Assembly (NCBI GenBank): GCA_964533295.1
Contig: CAZHLM010000003.1
Location: forward strand, 34,281-95,368
Direction of reading: 5' to 3'
DNA length: 61,088 nt
Source of the DNA: an uncultured Verrucomicrobiota bacterium
GTDB lineage: Bacteria; Verrucomicrobiota; Verrucomicrobiia; Palsa-1439
Of the stretch, positions 30,483 to 40,507 are shown piece after piece; positions within the stretch are counted from its first letter, which is position 1; every line of letters begins with the position of its first letter. The translations under genes were made by a program, and so were the position numbers. The notes under the pieces are model-generated. The model did no database searches. It was given only the letters and a program-made list of their open reading frames with translations, and was not told the DNA's origin.

Positions 30483-31349
30483 GTGAAGCCTTTCTCTCTG
30501 GACGATTATCTGCGGCGCACCACCCAGCGCGTGGACGCGGCACTCGACAAACTGCTGCCCGCCGAGAACACGCCGCCCGCCACCCTCCACAAGGCGATGC
30601 GCTACTCGATTTTTGCCGGCGGCAAACGCATCCGCCCCGCGCTCTGTCTCGCCGCCTGCCAGGCCGTCGGCGGCCGCACCAAAGCCGCGCTGCCGCTGGC
30701 GTGCGCCGTCGAGTGCATCCACACCTACTCGCTGATTCACGACGACCTGCCGTGCATGGACGACGATGATTTCCGCCGCGGCAAGCCGACGAACCACAAA
30801 GTCTTCGGCGAAGGCATCGCCGTGCTGGCCGGGGATGCGTTGCTCACCCACGCCTTCACCCTCGTCGCCCGCGATGTCCGGTACGTCAAAGAACTCGCCC
30901 TGGCCGCCGGCAGTCTGCGGTTGATTGCCGGCCAGGTGCAGGATTTGGAAAACGAAAGCCGGCAAGCCACGCTGACCGAAGTCAAAACCACCCACCTCAA
31001 CAAAACCGCCGCGCTGATCATGGCCAGCATTCGATTGGGCGCCATGGCCGGCAACGCCACGCCCGGCGAACTGAAACGACTCACCAAGTACGGCGAGGAT
31101 CTGGGGCTTGCGTTTCAGGTGGTGGACGACGTTCTCGACGTGACGAGCACGAAAGAAGTCATGGGCAAAAGCGTCGGTGCCGACGCCAAGAATCAGAAGA
31201 GCACGTACCCGAAACTGCTCGGCGTGGACGGCAGCCGCCGGTACGCCGCCGACCTGATCGCCGACGCCCACCGGCAGTTAAGCGGCTTCGGCCCGGCCGC
31301 CCAACCACTCCGCGCGATCGCCGATTTCTTCCTCACGCGGCAGAACTAG
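30483..31349 (+). CDS. ispA: Polyprenyl (farnesyl/geranylgeranyl) diphosphate synthase
   Basis: GGKRIRP, HDDLPCMDDDDFRRG, KTAAL, FQVVDDVLD; GTG start at 30483. Confidence 0.93.
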   Translation: MKPFSLDDYLRRTTQRVDAALDKLLPAENTPPATLHKAMRYSIFAGGKRIRPALCLAACQAVGGRTKAALPLACAVECIHTYSLIHDDLPCMDDDDFRRGKPTNHKVFGEGIAVLAGDALLTHAFTLVARDVRYVKELALAAGSLRLIAGQVQDLENESRQATLTEVKTTHLNKTAALIMASIRLGAMAGNATPGELKRLTKYGEDLGLAFQVVDDVLDVTSTKEVMGKSVGADAKNQKSTYPKLLGVDGSRRYAADLIADAHRQLSGFGPAAQPLRAIADFFLTRQN

Positions 31350-31369
31350 CACGCCTAACAAACCTCCTT

Positions 31370-31498
31370 GTGGGAGGGGCTTGCGCCCGCCACTTTCTCG
31401 GAAAAGCCGGTGGGCCGAGCGTCCCCGCGAGGCGGGGCGTGACACTCCGCTCGCGGCGCCGCTCGCGCCACCGGTCGCGCCCGGAAGGGCGCTGCCAC
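31370..31498. repeat. Cluster of REP-like palindromes between convergent genes
   Basis: GTGGGAGGGGCTTGCGCCCGCCAC hairpin (31370-93), imperfect inverted pair 31409-31472, and a 23/24 reverse-complement match (31475-98) to the 24-mer at 43751 and 61053. Confidence 0.75.
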
Positions 31499-31551
31499 AA
31501 CAGCAGTTTGGGCTTTGGCGCGGGTTGCGAAACGGGTGTCGCCGCCGCTCG

Positions 31552-33015
31552 TCACCGCTGAAGTCGAACACGATAAAAGCCGGCGGTCTCTATGCTCACC
31601 GTGGTCTCACCCGTCGCGGCGCAGACGATGTTCGTGTGCGGTTGCCATTGGCCGGTGGCGATGTCGGGGCGGGTCTCGACGATGTACTGGCGACCGGCCG
31701 AGGTTGTGAACGTGAGGTTGCTGGCGGTGATGGCGGTGATGCGCAACGCGCTGAGCGCGTTCAACGGATGGGTGCCGGCCAGAAACTCCTGCCGGTGCGT
31801 GAACCCGTCGCCGTCGAGATCGTCGCCGGGTTCACCGGGGTACAACTGCTCGAACCAGTCCGGCAGGCCATCGGCGTCACTGTCCTTCGCCACGATCTGG
31901 TAAATGCGGCCGTTGCCGCGATGGGCCACGTACAACTCGCCACATTCATCTTCGCCAAACGTGCTGATCCCGAAATCCGCGAAATCCAGCGGCGTGCCCA
32001 CTGTCCATACCCCGGCAGCTTCCGTCGCCGCCCAAATCCGACTGGAACAGTAGTCGGCGAAGAAGTACCGGCCCACCAGCGGCGGGATGCGGCTGCCGCG
32101 GTAGCGATAGCCGCCGGTAATGGACCAGCATGGTCCCGGCGCGACGTGATCGTAGGTGATAATCGGGCGCGTCATGGCCGCCGTCGCGCACGCGGTTGCG
32201 CAGGTGTTCGACAGGACGCCTTCCATGCATTTCCAGCCGTAGTTTTGGCCGCCGAGACTACCGGCCGTTTGAAAGTTCACTTCTTCCTGCGCGTCCTGGC
32301 CGACATCGGCGATGAACAGGTCGCCCGTGTCGCGGTCGAAGCTGAACCGAAACGGATTGCGCAAGCCGGTCGCCCAGATTTCCGGCCGCGCCCCCGCTGC
32401 GCTCACAAATGGATTGTCGGGCGGGATCGCATACGGCAGCGCCGAGTTGACGTCAATCCGCACCATTTTGCCCAGGAGCGTGCCGAGATCTTGCGAGTTG
32501 TTGTTGGGGTCACAGGTGCCGCCACCGTCACCGGGCGCAAAATAGAGATAGCCGTCCGGCCCGAATTGGATGCCGCCGCCGTTGTGATTGTCCTGGCCCG
32601 GATGCGCAACCCGGATGATCTCCACGCCGGTGGCGGGGTTAACGACGTTGGTGGTCGGCGGCGCGGCGGTGTACCGCCACACGACGTTGCTGCTGCCGTT
32701 GGCGTTGGTGAAATAGACAACGAAATGTCCGTTGGTCCGGTAGCCTGGATGAAATGCGAGACCGAGCAATCCCTGTTCCCCGCTAAACAACGTCTGCCCG
32801 GTGATGTCGAGGAACGCCGTCGCCAGCAGGTTCGTCCCCACGATCACCCGCACGCGGCCGGCCTGTTCAACGACGAACAATCGGCCCGAGCCGTCCCGCG
32901 CGCTGGCGATGTCCACCGGCTGCGCCAACCCGGCGACGATCTCGTGCAGTTGAAACTCCTGCGCCGCCACCCAGGTGGCGACCCCGCAAATCAGTCCGAT
33001 CCACACGCGCCACAT
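31552..33015 (-). CDS. Secreted PQQ-dependent sugar dehydrogenase (Gdh-B/YliI-type beta-propeller) with conserved C-terminal module
   Basis: LFVVEQAG, GEQGLLGLAFHP, NHNGGGIQFGPDGYLY, GLRNPFRFSFD, DVGQ, NYGW; start ATG 33015. Confidence 0.9.
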   Translation of the reverse strand: MWRVWIGLICGVATWVAAQEFQLHEIVAGLAQPVDIASARDGSGRLFVVEQAGRVRVIVGTNLLATAFLDITGQTLFSGEQGLLGLAFHPGYRTNGHFVVYFTNANGSSNVVWRYTAAPPTTNVVNPATGVEIIRVAHPGQDNHNGGGIQFGPDGYLYFAPGDGGGTCDPNNNSQDLGTLLGKMVRIDVNSALPYAIPPDNPFVSAAGARPEIWATGLRNPFRFSFDRDTGDLFIADVGQDAQEEVNFQTAGSLGGQNYGWKCMEGVLSNTCATACATAAMTRPIITYDHVAPGPCWSITGGYRYRGSRIPPLVGRYFFADYCSSRIWAATEAAGVWTVGTPLDFADFGISTFGEDECGELYVAHRGNGRIYQIVAKDSDADGLPDWFEQLYPGEPGDDLDGDGFTHRQEFLAGTHPLNALSALRITAITASNLTFTTSAGRQYIVETRPDIATGQWQPHTNIVCAATGETTVSIETAGFYRVRLQR

Positions 33016-33083
33016 GGCCGAACCATAAACAACTTCCGCCAAAACACCAACACGAGTTTTACCTTCCCCGCCCGGCTGGCATT

Positions 33084-33668
33084 GTGTACAAACACGCTCC
33101 CGTGACCGAAGCCGATGTATTGCGGATTTTTCGCGAGACCAACGCGCTGTTGGAGGGGCATTTTCTGCTCCGCTCGGGGCTGCATTCCCGGCAGTACTTC
33201 CAGTGCGCGCAGGTGTTGCAATGGCCGCGCCACGCGGAAACCTTGTGCGCGGCGCTGGCCGCCCGGTTCGTGGACGCGGGCGCGCAAACCGTCGTCTCCC
33301 CGGCGCTGGGAGGGTTGTTTGTCGGACACGAGGTGGCGCGCGCGCTGGGTGTGCGACACATTTTTGCGGAGAAGAACGCCACCGGGGCGCTCGAGTTGCG
33401 GCGCAATTTCCAGATCGCCGACGGCGAGCGGATTCTCGTGGTGGAGGATGTGGTCACGCGCGGCGGTCGGGTGCAGGAGACGATCGGCCTCGCCCGCGCG
33501 CGCGGCGGGCGCGTCGTGGGAGTCGGCACGATCGTGGATCGGTCCGATGGGACGGTTCGTTTTGGCGTTCCGCTGCAGAGCTTGTTGCGATTGGCGATCG
33601 AAACCTTTGAGGCGGCGGCATGTCCGATGTGTCAGGCCGGCAGCCAGCCGGTGAAGCCGGGAAGTTGA
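33084..33668 (+). CDS. pyrE: Orotate phosphoribosyltransferase
   Basis: [26 protein letters not shown] loop; alternative GTG start at 33102. Confidence 0.95.
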   Translation: MYKHAPVTEADVLRIFRETNALLEGHFLLRSGLHSRQYFQCAQVLQWPRHAETLCAALAARFVDAGAQTVVSPALGGLFVGHEVARALGVRHIFAEKNATGALELRRNFQIADGERILVVEDVVTRGGRVQETIGLARARGGRVVGVGTIVDRSDGTVRFGVPLQSLLRLAIETFEAAACPMCQAGSQPVKPGS

Positions 33669-33678
33669 GTGGATTTTT

Positions 33679-36600
33679 ATGGTTAAGTGGATCTTGCAGA
33701 AAATCATGGGGTCGAAAAACCAGCGCGAGATCAAGCGTCTGTGGCCGCTGGTGCAGCAGATCAACCAGATCGAGCAGGAGTATCAACGGTTGAGCGATGA
33801 CCAGTTGCGCGCGAAGACCGCGGAGTTCCAACAGCGGCTGGCCACCGGCGCCACGCTGGATGACGTGCTGCCGGAGGCGTTCGCGGCGGTCAAGAACACC
33901 TGCCGGCGGTTGTGCGGCCGCGAGTGGATTGTGCGCGGCCATCCGTATCGCTGGGACATGGTGCCCTTCGATGTGCAGCTCATCGGCGGCATTGTGCTGC
34001 ACCGCGGCAACATTGCCGAAATGGCCACCGGCGAAGGCAAAACCCTCGTCGCCACGTTGCCCGTTTACCTCAACGCCCTGACCGGCCGTGGCGTCCATGT
34101 CGTCACCGTCAACGATTACCTCGCCGCGCGCGACGCGGAGTGGATGGGCGAAATCTACCGCTTTCTCGGTCTGACCGTCGGCGTGATCCAGCACGACCAG
34201 CGACCGGATGTGCGCCGCGCCCAATACGCCTGCGATATCACCTACGGCACGAACGCCGAGTTCGGCTTCGATTACCTCCGCGACAACGGCATGGCCACCA
34301 GCGCCGAAACCCAGGTCCAGCGCGGCCATTACTACGCGATCGTGGACGAGGTGGACTCGATCCTGATTGACGAGGCGCGCACCCCGCTGATCATCTCCGG
34401 CCCCAGCACGGTCGCGACGCATTCCTTTGACAAGTACAAGCCGGGCGTCGCCGAGTTGTACCGCGCCCAGACGATGCTCTGCAACCGGCTCGTCGCCGAA
34501 GCGAAGGACTTGCTGGAAAAACGCGACCCGAAACATGTGGACGACGAGTTGAATCGTGAAGAACGGGCCGGTCGGTTGTTGTACCAGGTGAAGCTGGGCA
34601 TGCCGAAGAACAAGCAGTTGCTGAAGATGATGGAAGAACCGGCCATCCGCAAATTGATGGATGAAGCCGAGTTGAACTGCCTGCGCGACCAGTCCAAAAA
34701 GGAACTGCACGACCTGAAGGAAGAACTGTTTTTCACGATTGATGAGAAGCAGCACGACTCCGACCTCACCGAGAAAGGCCGCAAACTGCTCAGTCCCAGC
34801 GACCCGGAAGCGTTTGTGATCCCCGACCTCGTGACAGAGATGCAGGAAATTGACGCCGCCGACCTGCCGGAGGCGGAAAAGGAAAACCGCAAACAACAAC
34901 TGCAACTGCACTACGACGAGCGCACGGAGCGCATCCACAACATCTCCCAACTGCTCCGCGCCTACTGTCTCTTCGAACGCGATGTCGAGTATGTCGTGCA
35001 AGACGGCAAGGTCATGATCGTGGACGAATTCACCGGCCGCCTGATGCCCGGCCGCCGCTGGAGCGACGGCTTGCACCAAGCCATCGAGGCCAAAGAGGGC
35101 GTCACCGTCGAGCGCGAAACCCAGACGCTGGCCACCATCACCATCCAGAACTATTTCCGCCTCTACGAAAAACTGGCCGGCATGACCGGCACCGCCGAAA
35201 CCGAGGCGACCGAGTTTCACAACATCTACAAGCTCGACGTCATCGTCATCCCCACCAACAAGCCGAACATCCGCAAGGACGAAAACGATATCGTTTACAA
35301 GACCCGCCGCGAAAAATACAACGCGATCATCAACGAGATCATCGAACGCCACCGCAAAGGGCAACCCCTCCTCGTCGGCACCGCCAGCGTCGAAGCCAGC
35401 GAAGTGCTCTCGCGGATGTTGGCCCGCCAAAAAATCCCCCACACCGTTCTGAACGCCAAGTTTCACCAGCAGGAAGCCGAAATCGTGGCCCGCGCGGGCC
35501 AGCGCGGCGCCGTCACCATCGCCACCAACATGGCCGGCCGCGGCACCGACATTAAACTCGGTCCCGGCGTCACCGAACTCGGCGGCCTCCACGTCATTGG
35601 CAGTGAACGCCACGAAGCGCGCCGCATTGACCGCCAGTTGCGCGGTCGCTGCGCCCGCCAGGGCGACCCCGGTAGCTCGCGCTTTTACGTCTCCCTCGAG
35701 GATGACCTGATGCGCTTGTTCGCCAGCGGCCGAATCGCCAACATCATGGAAAAGCTCGGCATGAAGGAGGGCGAGGAACTCCAGCATCCGCTGCTGAACC
35801 GCTCCATCGAGACCGCCCAGCGCCGCGTCGAGGAACACAACTTCGCCATCCGCAAACACACGCTCGAATACGACGACGTGATGAACAAACAGCGCGAGGT
35901 CGTCTATGGCTTTCGCAACGAGATTCTCCACAGCGACAATCCGCGCGAGGCGATTTTTGAGATTCTCGACGAAGTCATCGAAACCCGCGTGGAAGAGTTT
36001 TGTCCTGCGGACCGGCCCGACGACGAATGGGACCGCGATGGGTTGCTGCGCTGGGCCAACCACGCGTTCCCCATCGGTTTGCGCGCCGACCAGATCGCCG
36101 GCAAGACCACCGCGGAGGTCCGCCAGTTCGTCCTCGACCGGGTCACCAGGGCGTACGAGGCGAAGATCGCGCACGAACAGCCGGAGACGTTGCGGATGGT
36201 CGAACGGTTGATCGTGCTCAACGCCCTCGACCGGCTCTGGCAGGAGCACCTCTACAACATGGACCAACTGCGCGGCGGCATTGGCCTGCGCGCCTACGGC
36301 CAGAAGGATCCGCTGACCGAGTACAAGAGCGAAGCGTTCAAGATGTTCGAGGAAATGATGTCCAATGTGAAAAGCGAAATCGCCAACAACGTCTTCCGCT
36401 CCGCCAGCAGCCTCGCTGCGTTTGAGAATTTCCTCCGCGCCCTGCCCCAACAACTCAGCGCGCCGGATGTTTCCCAGCCCGGTGCCTTTCGCGGCACGAT
36501 GACCGCTTCCACCGCCGCGGCTCCGCAGCCGGCCGCAACGGCCGGCAGTGCCGTCGTCGAAAAAGCCATCGAGGAAGCGGCCCGCCCCATCAAACGCGAG

Positions 36601-36681
36601 GTGCCCAAAGTCGGTCGCAACGAGCCGTGCCCCTGCGGCAGCGGCAAGAAGTACAAGCAGTGCTGCGGCAAAATCGCGTGA
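33679..36681 (+). CDS. secA: Preprotein translocase subunit SecA
   Basis: [35 protein letters not shown]-terminal [13 protein letters not shown]. Confidence 0.99.
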   Translation: MVKWILQKIMGSKNQREIKRLWPLVQQINQIEQEYQRLSDDQLRAKTAEFQQRLATGATLDDVLPEAFAAVKNTCRRLCGREWIVRGHPYRWDMVPFDVQLIGGIVLHRGNIAEMATGEGKTLVATLPVYLNALTGRGVHVVTVNDYLAARDAEWMGEIYRFLGLTVGVIQHDQRPDVRRAQYACDITYGTNAEFGFDYLRDNGMATSAETQVQRGHYYAIVDEVDSILIDEARTPLIISGPSTVATHSFDKYKPGVAELYRAQTMLCNRLVAEAKDLLEKRDPKHVDDELNREERAGRLLYQVKLGMPKNKQLLKMMEEPAIRKLMDEAELNCLRDQSKKELHDLKEELFFTIDEKQHDSDLTEKGRKLLSPSDPEAFVIPDLVTEMQEIDAADLPEAEKENRKQQLQLHYDERTERIHNISQLLRAYCLFERDVEYVVQDGKVMIVDEFTGRLMPGRRWSDGLHQAIEAKEGVTVERETQTLATITIQNYFRLYEKLAGMTGTAETEATEFHNIYKLDVIVIPTNKPNIRKDENDIVYKTRREKYNAIINEIIERHRKGQPLLVGTASVEASEVLSRMLARQKIPHTVLNAKFHQQEAEIVARAGQRGAVTIATNMAGRGTDIKLGPGVTELGGLHVIGSERHEARRIDRQLRGRCARQGDPGSSRFYVSLEDDLMRLFASGRIANIMEKLGMKEGEELQHPLLNRSIETAQRRVEEHNFAIRKHTLEYDDVMNKQREVVYGFRNEILHSDNPREAIFEILDEVIETRVEEFCPADRPDDEWDRDGLLRWANHAFPIGLRADQIAGKTTAEVRQFVLDRVTRAYEAKIAHEQPETLRMVERLIVLNALDRLWQEHLYNMDQLRGGIGLRAYGQKDPLTEYKSEAFKMFEEMMSNVKSEIANNVFRSASSLAAFENFLRALPQQLSAPDVSQPGAFRGTMTASTAAAPQPAATAGSAVVEKAIEEAARPIKREVPKVGRNEPCPCGSGKKYKQCCGKIA

Positions 36682-38255
36682 AGCTCCTGCTGTTTCGTTG
36701 GCTCCTGCCCGCTGCCGCCGGCGCGCTGCTGGCGCTGGCGTTCCCGCCGTGGGAGGCTTTCCAACTGGCGTGGCTCGGTTTGATCCCCTTGTTCGTCGCG
36801 GTGCGCGACGTGTCCGGGGGCGAAGCCGCTCGGCGCGGTTACATTGCCGGGCTGGTCTTCTTCGGCCTGACGCTCTGGTGGATCGGCCACGTCACCGTAC
36901 CCGGTGCCGTCGCCGTCATCGCCGTCCTCGCGCTCTACTTCGCCCTCGCCGCGCTCTGGTTCCGGCTCGTGCTCGCCCCGGCGCGTTCGGGTGAACGGCC
37001 GCTCGCCAACCTCGGCGCCGCCCTGTTGGCGGCCGCCGGTTGGGCCACCCTCGAATGGGTGCGCGGCTGCGTTCTGCTCGGCGGGTTCGGTTGGAATTTT
37101 CTCGGCGCCAGCCAGTACCGCGCCGCTGCCCTGCTCCAATTCGCCAGTGTCACCGGCATCTACGGCGTCTCGGCGCTGTTGTGCGCCGTCAACGTGATCT
37201 TCTATCTCACCGGCCTGCGTTTCTGCGCCCATCTCCAGGCCGGTCCACCCGCCCGTCGCTTGAGCTGGGAACTGTACGCGGTAATACTGCTGGCCTGCGG
37301 CCTGTTTCTGCACGGCGCCCGCGAGTTGACCGCGCGCCCGTCCCAACCGCACCGGTCGTTGCGCCTGGCGCTGGTGCAGGCCAACATTCCCCAATCGCTA
37401 AAGTTCGTGCCCGAACAAAAACAAATGGTGCTCGACCGGCATCGCCAACTGACCGCCACCGCAGCGCTCTCCCAACCCGACCTCATCCTCTGGCCGGAAA
37501 CCGCTGTGCCCGAGCCGTTGCGCTTCGACCGGGATTCCTACACGCTGGCCACGAACGTCGCGATCCGCAGCCGCGCGTACTTGCTGACTGGTACGATTGA
37601 TTACCAGCCCTACAGCCAGCCGCCCGAAGCCTACAACGCCGCCATCCTGCTTAGCCCGACCGGCGACACCCTCAAGATTTACCGCAAAATCCACCTCGTC
37701 CCGTTCGGCGAATATGTCCCCCTCCAACGCTACACCGCCGGCCTCGTCAGCCGCATCGGCCCGGAAGGCTACGACGTGACGCAGGGCTACGGTTTCCAAC
37801 GCGGCACGGAGCTTACGATCTTTGAAGCCGGTGATTTTCGGTTCGGCGTCGTCATCTGTTTCGAGGACACCGTCCCGCATCTCTACCGGCGGTTTGCCGC
37901 CCATCAGTTGGATTTCATGGTGAACCTGACCAACGACGCTTGGTTCCGCGAATCCCCGGCAGCGCGGATGCATCTGGCCAATGCCGTCTTTCGCGCCGTC
38001 GAAACCCGCCGCCCGCTGATTCGCAGCACCAACAACGGCGTCTCCTGTGTGGTGGACGAATGCGGCGTCATCCGCGCCGAACTCGAACCGTTCACCGAAG
38101 CCGCCCTCACCCATGAGCTGCCAATCCCCCACCCCACCGGCCCAACCTTCTACGTCCGCCACGGCGACCTCTTTGTCGCGGTCTGCGCACTGCTGTCGGC
38201 GGCACGTCTGGCCGTCACCCTATCGCCGGCGCAATGGCGCTTGTCCCGCGCGTGA
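36678..38255 (+). CDS. lnt: Apolipoprotein N-acyltransferase
   Basis: Multiple TM segments, [29 protein letters not shown]; GTG start overlaps secA stop. Confidence 0.95.
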   Translation: MKLLLFRWLLPAAAGALLALAFPPWEAFQLAWLGLIPLFVAVRDVSGGEAARRGYIAGLVFFGLTLWWIGHVTVPGAVAVIAVLALYFALAALWFRLVLAPARSGERPLANLGAALLAAAGWATLEWVRGCVLLGGFGWNFLGASQYRAAALLQFASVTGIYGVSALLCAVNVIFYLTGLRFCAHLQAGPPARRLSWELYAVILLACGLFLHGARELTARPSQPHRSLRLALVQANIPQSLKFVPEQKQMVLDRHRQLTATAALSQPDLILWPETAVPEPLRFDRDSYTLATNVAIRSRAYLLTGTIDYQPYSQPPEAYNAAILLSPTGDTLKIYRKIHLVPFGEYVPLQRYTAGLVSRIGPEGYDVTQGYGFQRGTELTIFEAGDFRFGVVICFEDTVPHLYRRFAAHQLDFMVNLTNDAWFRESPAARMHLANAVFRAVETRRPLIRSTNNGVSCVVDECGVIRAELEPFTEAALTHELPIPHPTGPTFYVRHGDLFVAVCALLSAARLAVTLSPAQWRLSRA

Positions 38256-38268
38256 CCGACCAGTCAGC

Positions 38269-38351
38269 CCTGCGGGTCTGAATGAACGGTGATGGTAACA
38301 TCGTTGAGACGATCGTCTCAACAATCTGAACCGTCGAGAACGACTCGCAGG
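38269..38351. repeat. Long imperfect hairpin with perfect 20-bp palindromic core GTTGAGACGATCGTCTCAAC
   Basis: Core 38303-38322; outer arms ACGGT/ACCGT and CCTGCGGGTC/GACTCGCAGG; lies between convergent lnt and rny. Confidence 0.8.
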
Positions 38352-38371
38352 TCCGCCGCAAGCGGCGGGAC
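38352..38371. terminator. GC-rich stem-loop, possible terminator between lnt and rny
   Basis: CCGCCGC-AA-GCGGCGG stem; no U-tract on either side. Confidence 0.3.
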
Positions 38372-38397
38372 ACCGGCGGCCGTCACCCCCGACATCG

Positions 38398-39942
38398 TCA
38401 TTTGGCAAACTCGACGGCGCGGGTTTCGCGTACCACCGTGACCTTGATCTGGCCCGGGTACTGCAGTTCGGCCTCGATCTTTTTGCGGATCTCCCGCGCC
38501 AGGCTCATCGCGTCCGTGTCGCTGATTTTGGCCGGCTCGACGATGATCCGCACTTCCCGCCCGGCGGAGAGCGCGTAGCTCTTTTCCACGCCGGCAAAAC
38601 TGTTCGCAATCGCTTCGAGTTTCTCCAGCCGCTGCAGATAGATTTCCATGCTCTCACTGCGCGCACCGGGCCGGGAGGCGCTGATGGCGTCACAGGCCCC
38701 GGCCAACACCCCGTAGACCGTGAGCGGCTCGACCTCGTGATGATGGCACGCCACGCCCTGCCACACTTCCTCCCCTTCACCGTGTCGTTTGAGCAACTGC
38801 GCACCAATCACCGCGTGCGAACCCTGCACATCGTGGTCGAGCGCCTTGCCGATGTCGTGGAACAATCCTACGCGCTTGGCGATGTCCAGATTCAGGTTCA
38901 ACTCCGCCGCGATCGTCGCCATCAACCGCGCCACTTCCATCGAATGATCGAGCACGTTCTGCGCAAAACTGTGACGGAACTTCAGCCGCCCCAGCACGTC
39001 CACCACCTCCGGCGCAACGCCGCCCAGACCAAGTTGAAAAATCGCCTCGTCACCGGCCTTGCGGATGGAGTGCTGAACTTCCTCGTTGACCTTCGCCGCC
39101 TCCTCCTCGATTCGCGCCGGGTTGATCCGCCCGTCGGCCACCAGTCGTTCCATGGTCAGCTTCGCCACTTCCCGGCGGACGGGGTCGAACCCGCTCAACA
39201 CGACTGTTTGCGGCGTGTCGTCAATCAACACATTCACCCCGGTCACCGCCTCAAAGGCGCGTATATTGCGGCCCTCACGACCGATGATCCGGCCCTTCAT
39301 CTCCTCGCTGGGCAACGCAAGCTGACAGCTCGTGCTCGATTGCACATGCCCGGACGCATAGCGCTCAATGGCGATGGTGAGGATGCGTTTCGCCTCGCGC
39401 TCCGCGCCGGTCTTGGCCTCCTCAACAATGGCGCGGGACAACGCCGCCGCTTCCTTGCGCGCCTCGTCCTCCACCTGCTGCAGCAACAACCGCTGCGCCT
39501 CGTCGCTGGTCATTCCGGAAATCCGCTGCAACTCCCTCTGCAGCGCCGCCTTCATCGTATCGAGATCGTCCTGCAACTTGAACAACTCGCCTTCGCGCTT
39601 CGCCAGATCGCGCTCCTGATCGAGCATCTCCGCCATCCGGCGCTCGTGCGCTTCCGTCCGCCGCTCCAATTGCGCCTCGCGCTGCACCAACCGTTTCTCC
39701 GTGTCCGCAAACTCCGCCCGGCGCTCGCGCGTCTCCTGGTCGAACAACTCCCGGGCTTTGTGCAACTCTTCGTGCGACTGCATCCGCGCCTCGCGCAAGA
39801 CCGTCTGCGCCTCCTGCCGGGCGCGTTCCACAATGCTGCCCGCTGATTTCGCATCCGCCCGCGCCCGCCACCATTGCAATCCCACGCCGAGCGCCACGCC
39901 CACCACGAGCGCGATGACCACGAGCAGCAGGGGGTTGTCCAT
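38398..39942 (-). CDS. rny: Ribonuclease Y
   Basis: N-terminal TM, coiled coil, KH domain (KGRIIGREGRN), HD motif (FHDIGK); start reassigned to ATG 39942. Confidence 0.97.
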   Translation of the reverse strand: MDNPLLLVVIALVVGVALGVGLQWWRARADAKSAGSIVERARQEAQTVLREARMQSHEELHKARELFDQETRERRAEFADTEKRLVQREAQLERRTEAHERRMAEMLDQERDLAKREGELFKLQDDLDTMKAALQRELQRISGMTSDEAQRLLLQQVEDEARKEAAALSRAIVEEAKTGAEREAKRILTIAIERYASGHVQSSTSCQLALPSEEMKGRIIGREGRNIRAFEAVTGVNVLIDDTPQTVVLSGFDPVRREVAKLTMERLVADGRINPARIEEEAAKVNEEVQHSIRKAGDEAIFQLGLGGVAPEVVDVLGRLKFRHSFAQNVLDHSMEVARLMATIAAELNLNLDIAKRVGLFHDIGKALDHDVQGSHAVIGAQLLKRHGEGEEVWQGVACHHHEVEPLTVYGVLAGACDAISASRPGARSESMEIYLQRLEKLEAIANSFAGVEKSYALSAGREVRIIVEPAKISDTDAMSLAREIRKKIEAELQYPGQIKVTVVRETRAVEFAK

Positions 39943-39943
39943 G

Positions 39944-40507
39944 TCAGGTTCCTTTAATGGTTTGATGTTCCGTGATGATGTAATCCAGCCGCACGTCGTG
40001 CGCCGCGACGGGAACCGATTCGACGATCTGAAAATCGTACGCCAATCCGATCTTCGTGCCCGGCCGACCGGCCAGTAGCTGGTCGAAATACCCCTTGCCG
40101 TGTCCCAGCCGGTAGCCGCGTCCGTCAAACGCCACGCCCGGCACCAACCACACCTCCGGCTCTCCACCGGCCCGCACCACTCGCGGTTCCAAAATCCCCC
40201 AGTGTCCCGGCCGCAAATCGGCGTCAAAATCCTCCACCCGCCCCACCCCGTACCGGCCGTCGCGAAAGACCGGCACAACAATCTCCCGGCCTGCTGCCAG
40301 AAGGTGCCGGATCAACCCGTGCGTTCCCACTTCCTGTCCTGTCGAGACGTAGGCGCACAGGCACCGGGCCGCTCGAAACTCCGGTACCTTCGCCAGCCGC
40401 TGTTCGATCGCCGCCGAAGCGGAGCGCACCTGCTCCGGCGACAGCGCCAGCCGCTGCGCAACCATCCGGCGTCTCAGCTCGTTTTTTTGCCGAGCAACTG
40501 CTTCCAT
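39944..40507 (-). CDS. ygfA: 5-formyltetrahydrofolate cyclo-ligase
   Basis: KNELRRR, GILEP, LVPGVAFDGRGYRLGHGKGYFD, HDVRLD. Confidence 0.93.
   Translation of the reverse strand: MEAVARQKNELRRRMVAQRLALSPEQVRSASAAIEQRLAKVPEFRAARCLCAYVSTGQEVGTHGLIRHLLAAGREIVVPVFRDGRYGVGRVEDFDADLRPGHWGILEPRVVRAGGEPEVWLVPGVAFDGRGYRLGHGKGYFDQLLAGRPGTKIGLAYDFQIVESVPVAAHDVRLDYIITEHQTIKGT

Noticed and set aside
28461-31271. Apparent long or fused ORFs (28461-31271, 29703-31349, 45797-47926, 54550-56295, 38398-40281)
   Set aside because: The N-terminal extensions overlap real genes on the other strand or frame; recognisable protein starts at internal codons, so starts were reassigned.
31350-31551. CRISPR array
   Set aside because: Repeats are dissimilar palindromes without regular spacers, and there are no cas genes.
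33454-36453. 999-aa antisense ORF over secA (similarly 20517-22775, 10611-12086, 135-1598)
   Set aside because: Shadow frames expected opposite genes with strong third-position GC bias; no motifs, fully overlapping well-supported genes.
38340-38375. SRP RNA (CAGGTCCG resembles the domain IV start)
   Set aside because: The following GGAAGGAAGCAGC core is absent.
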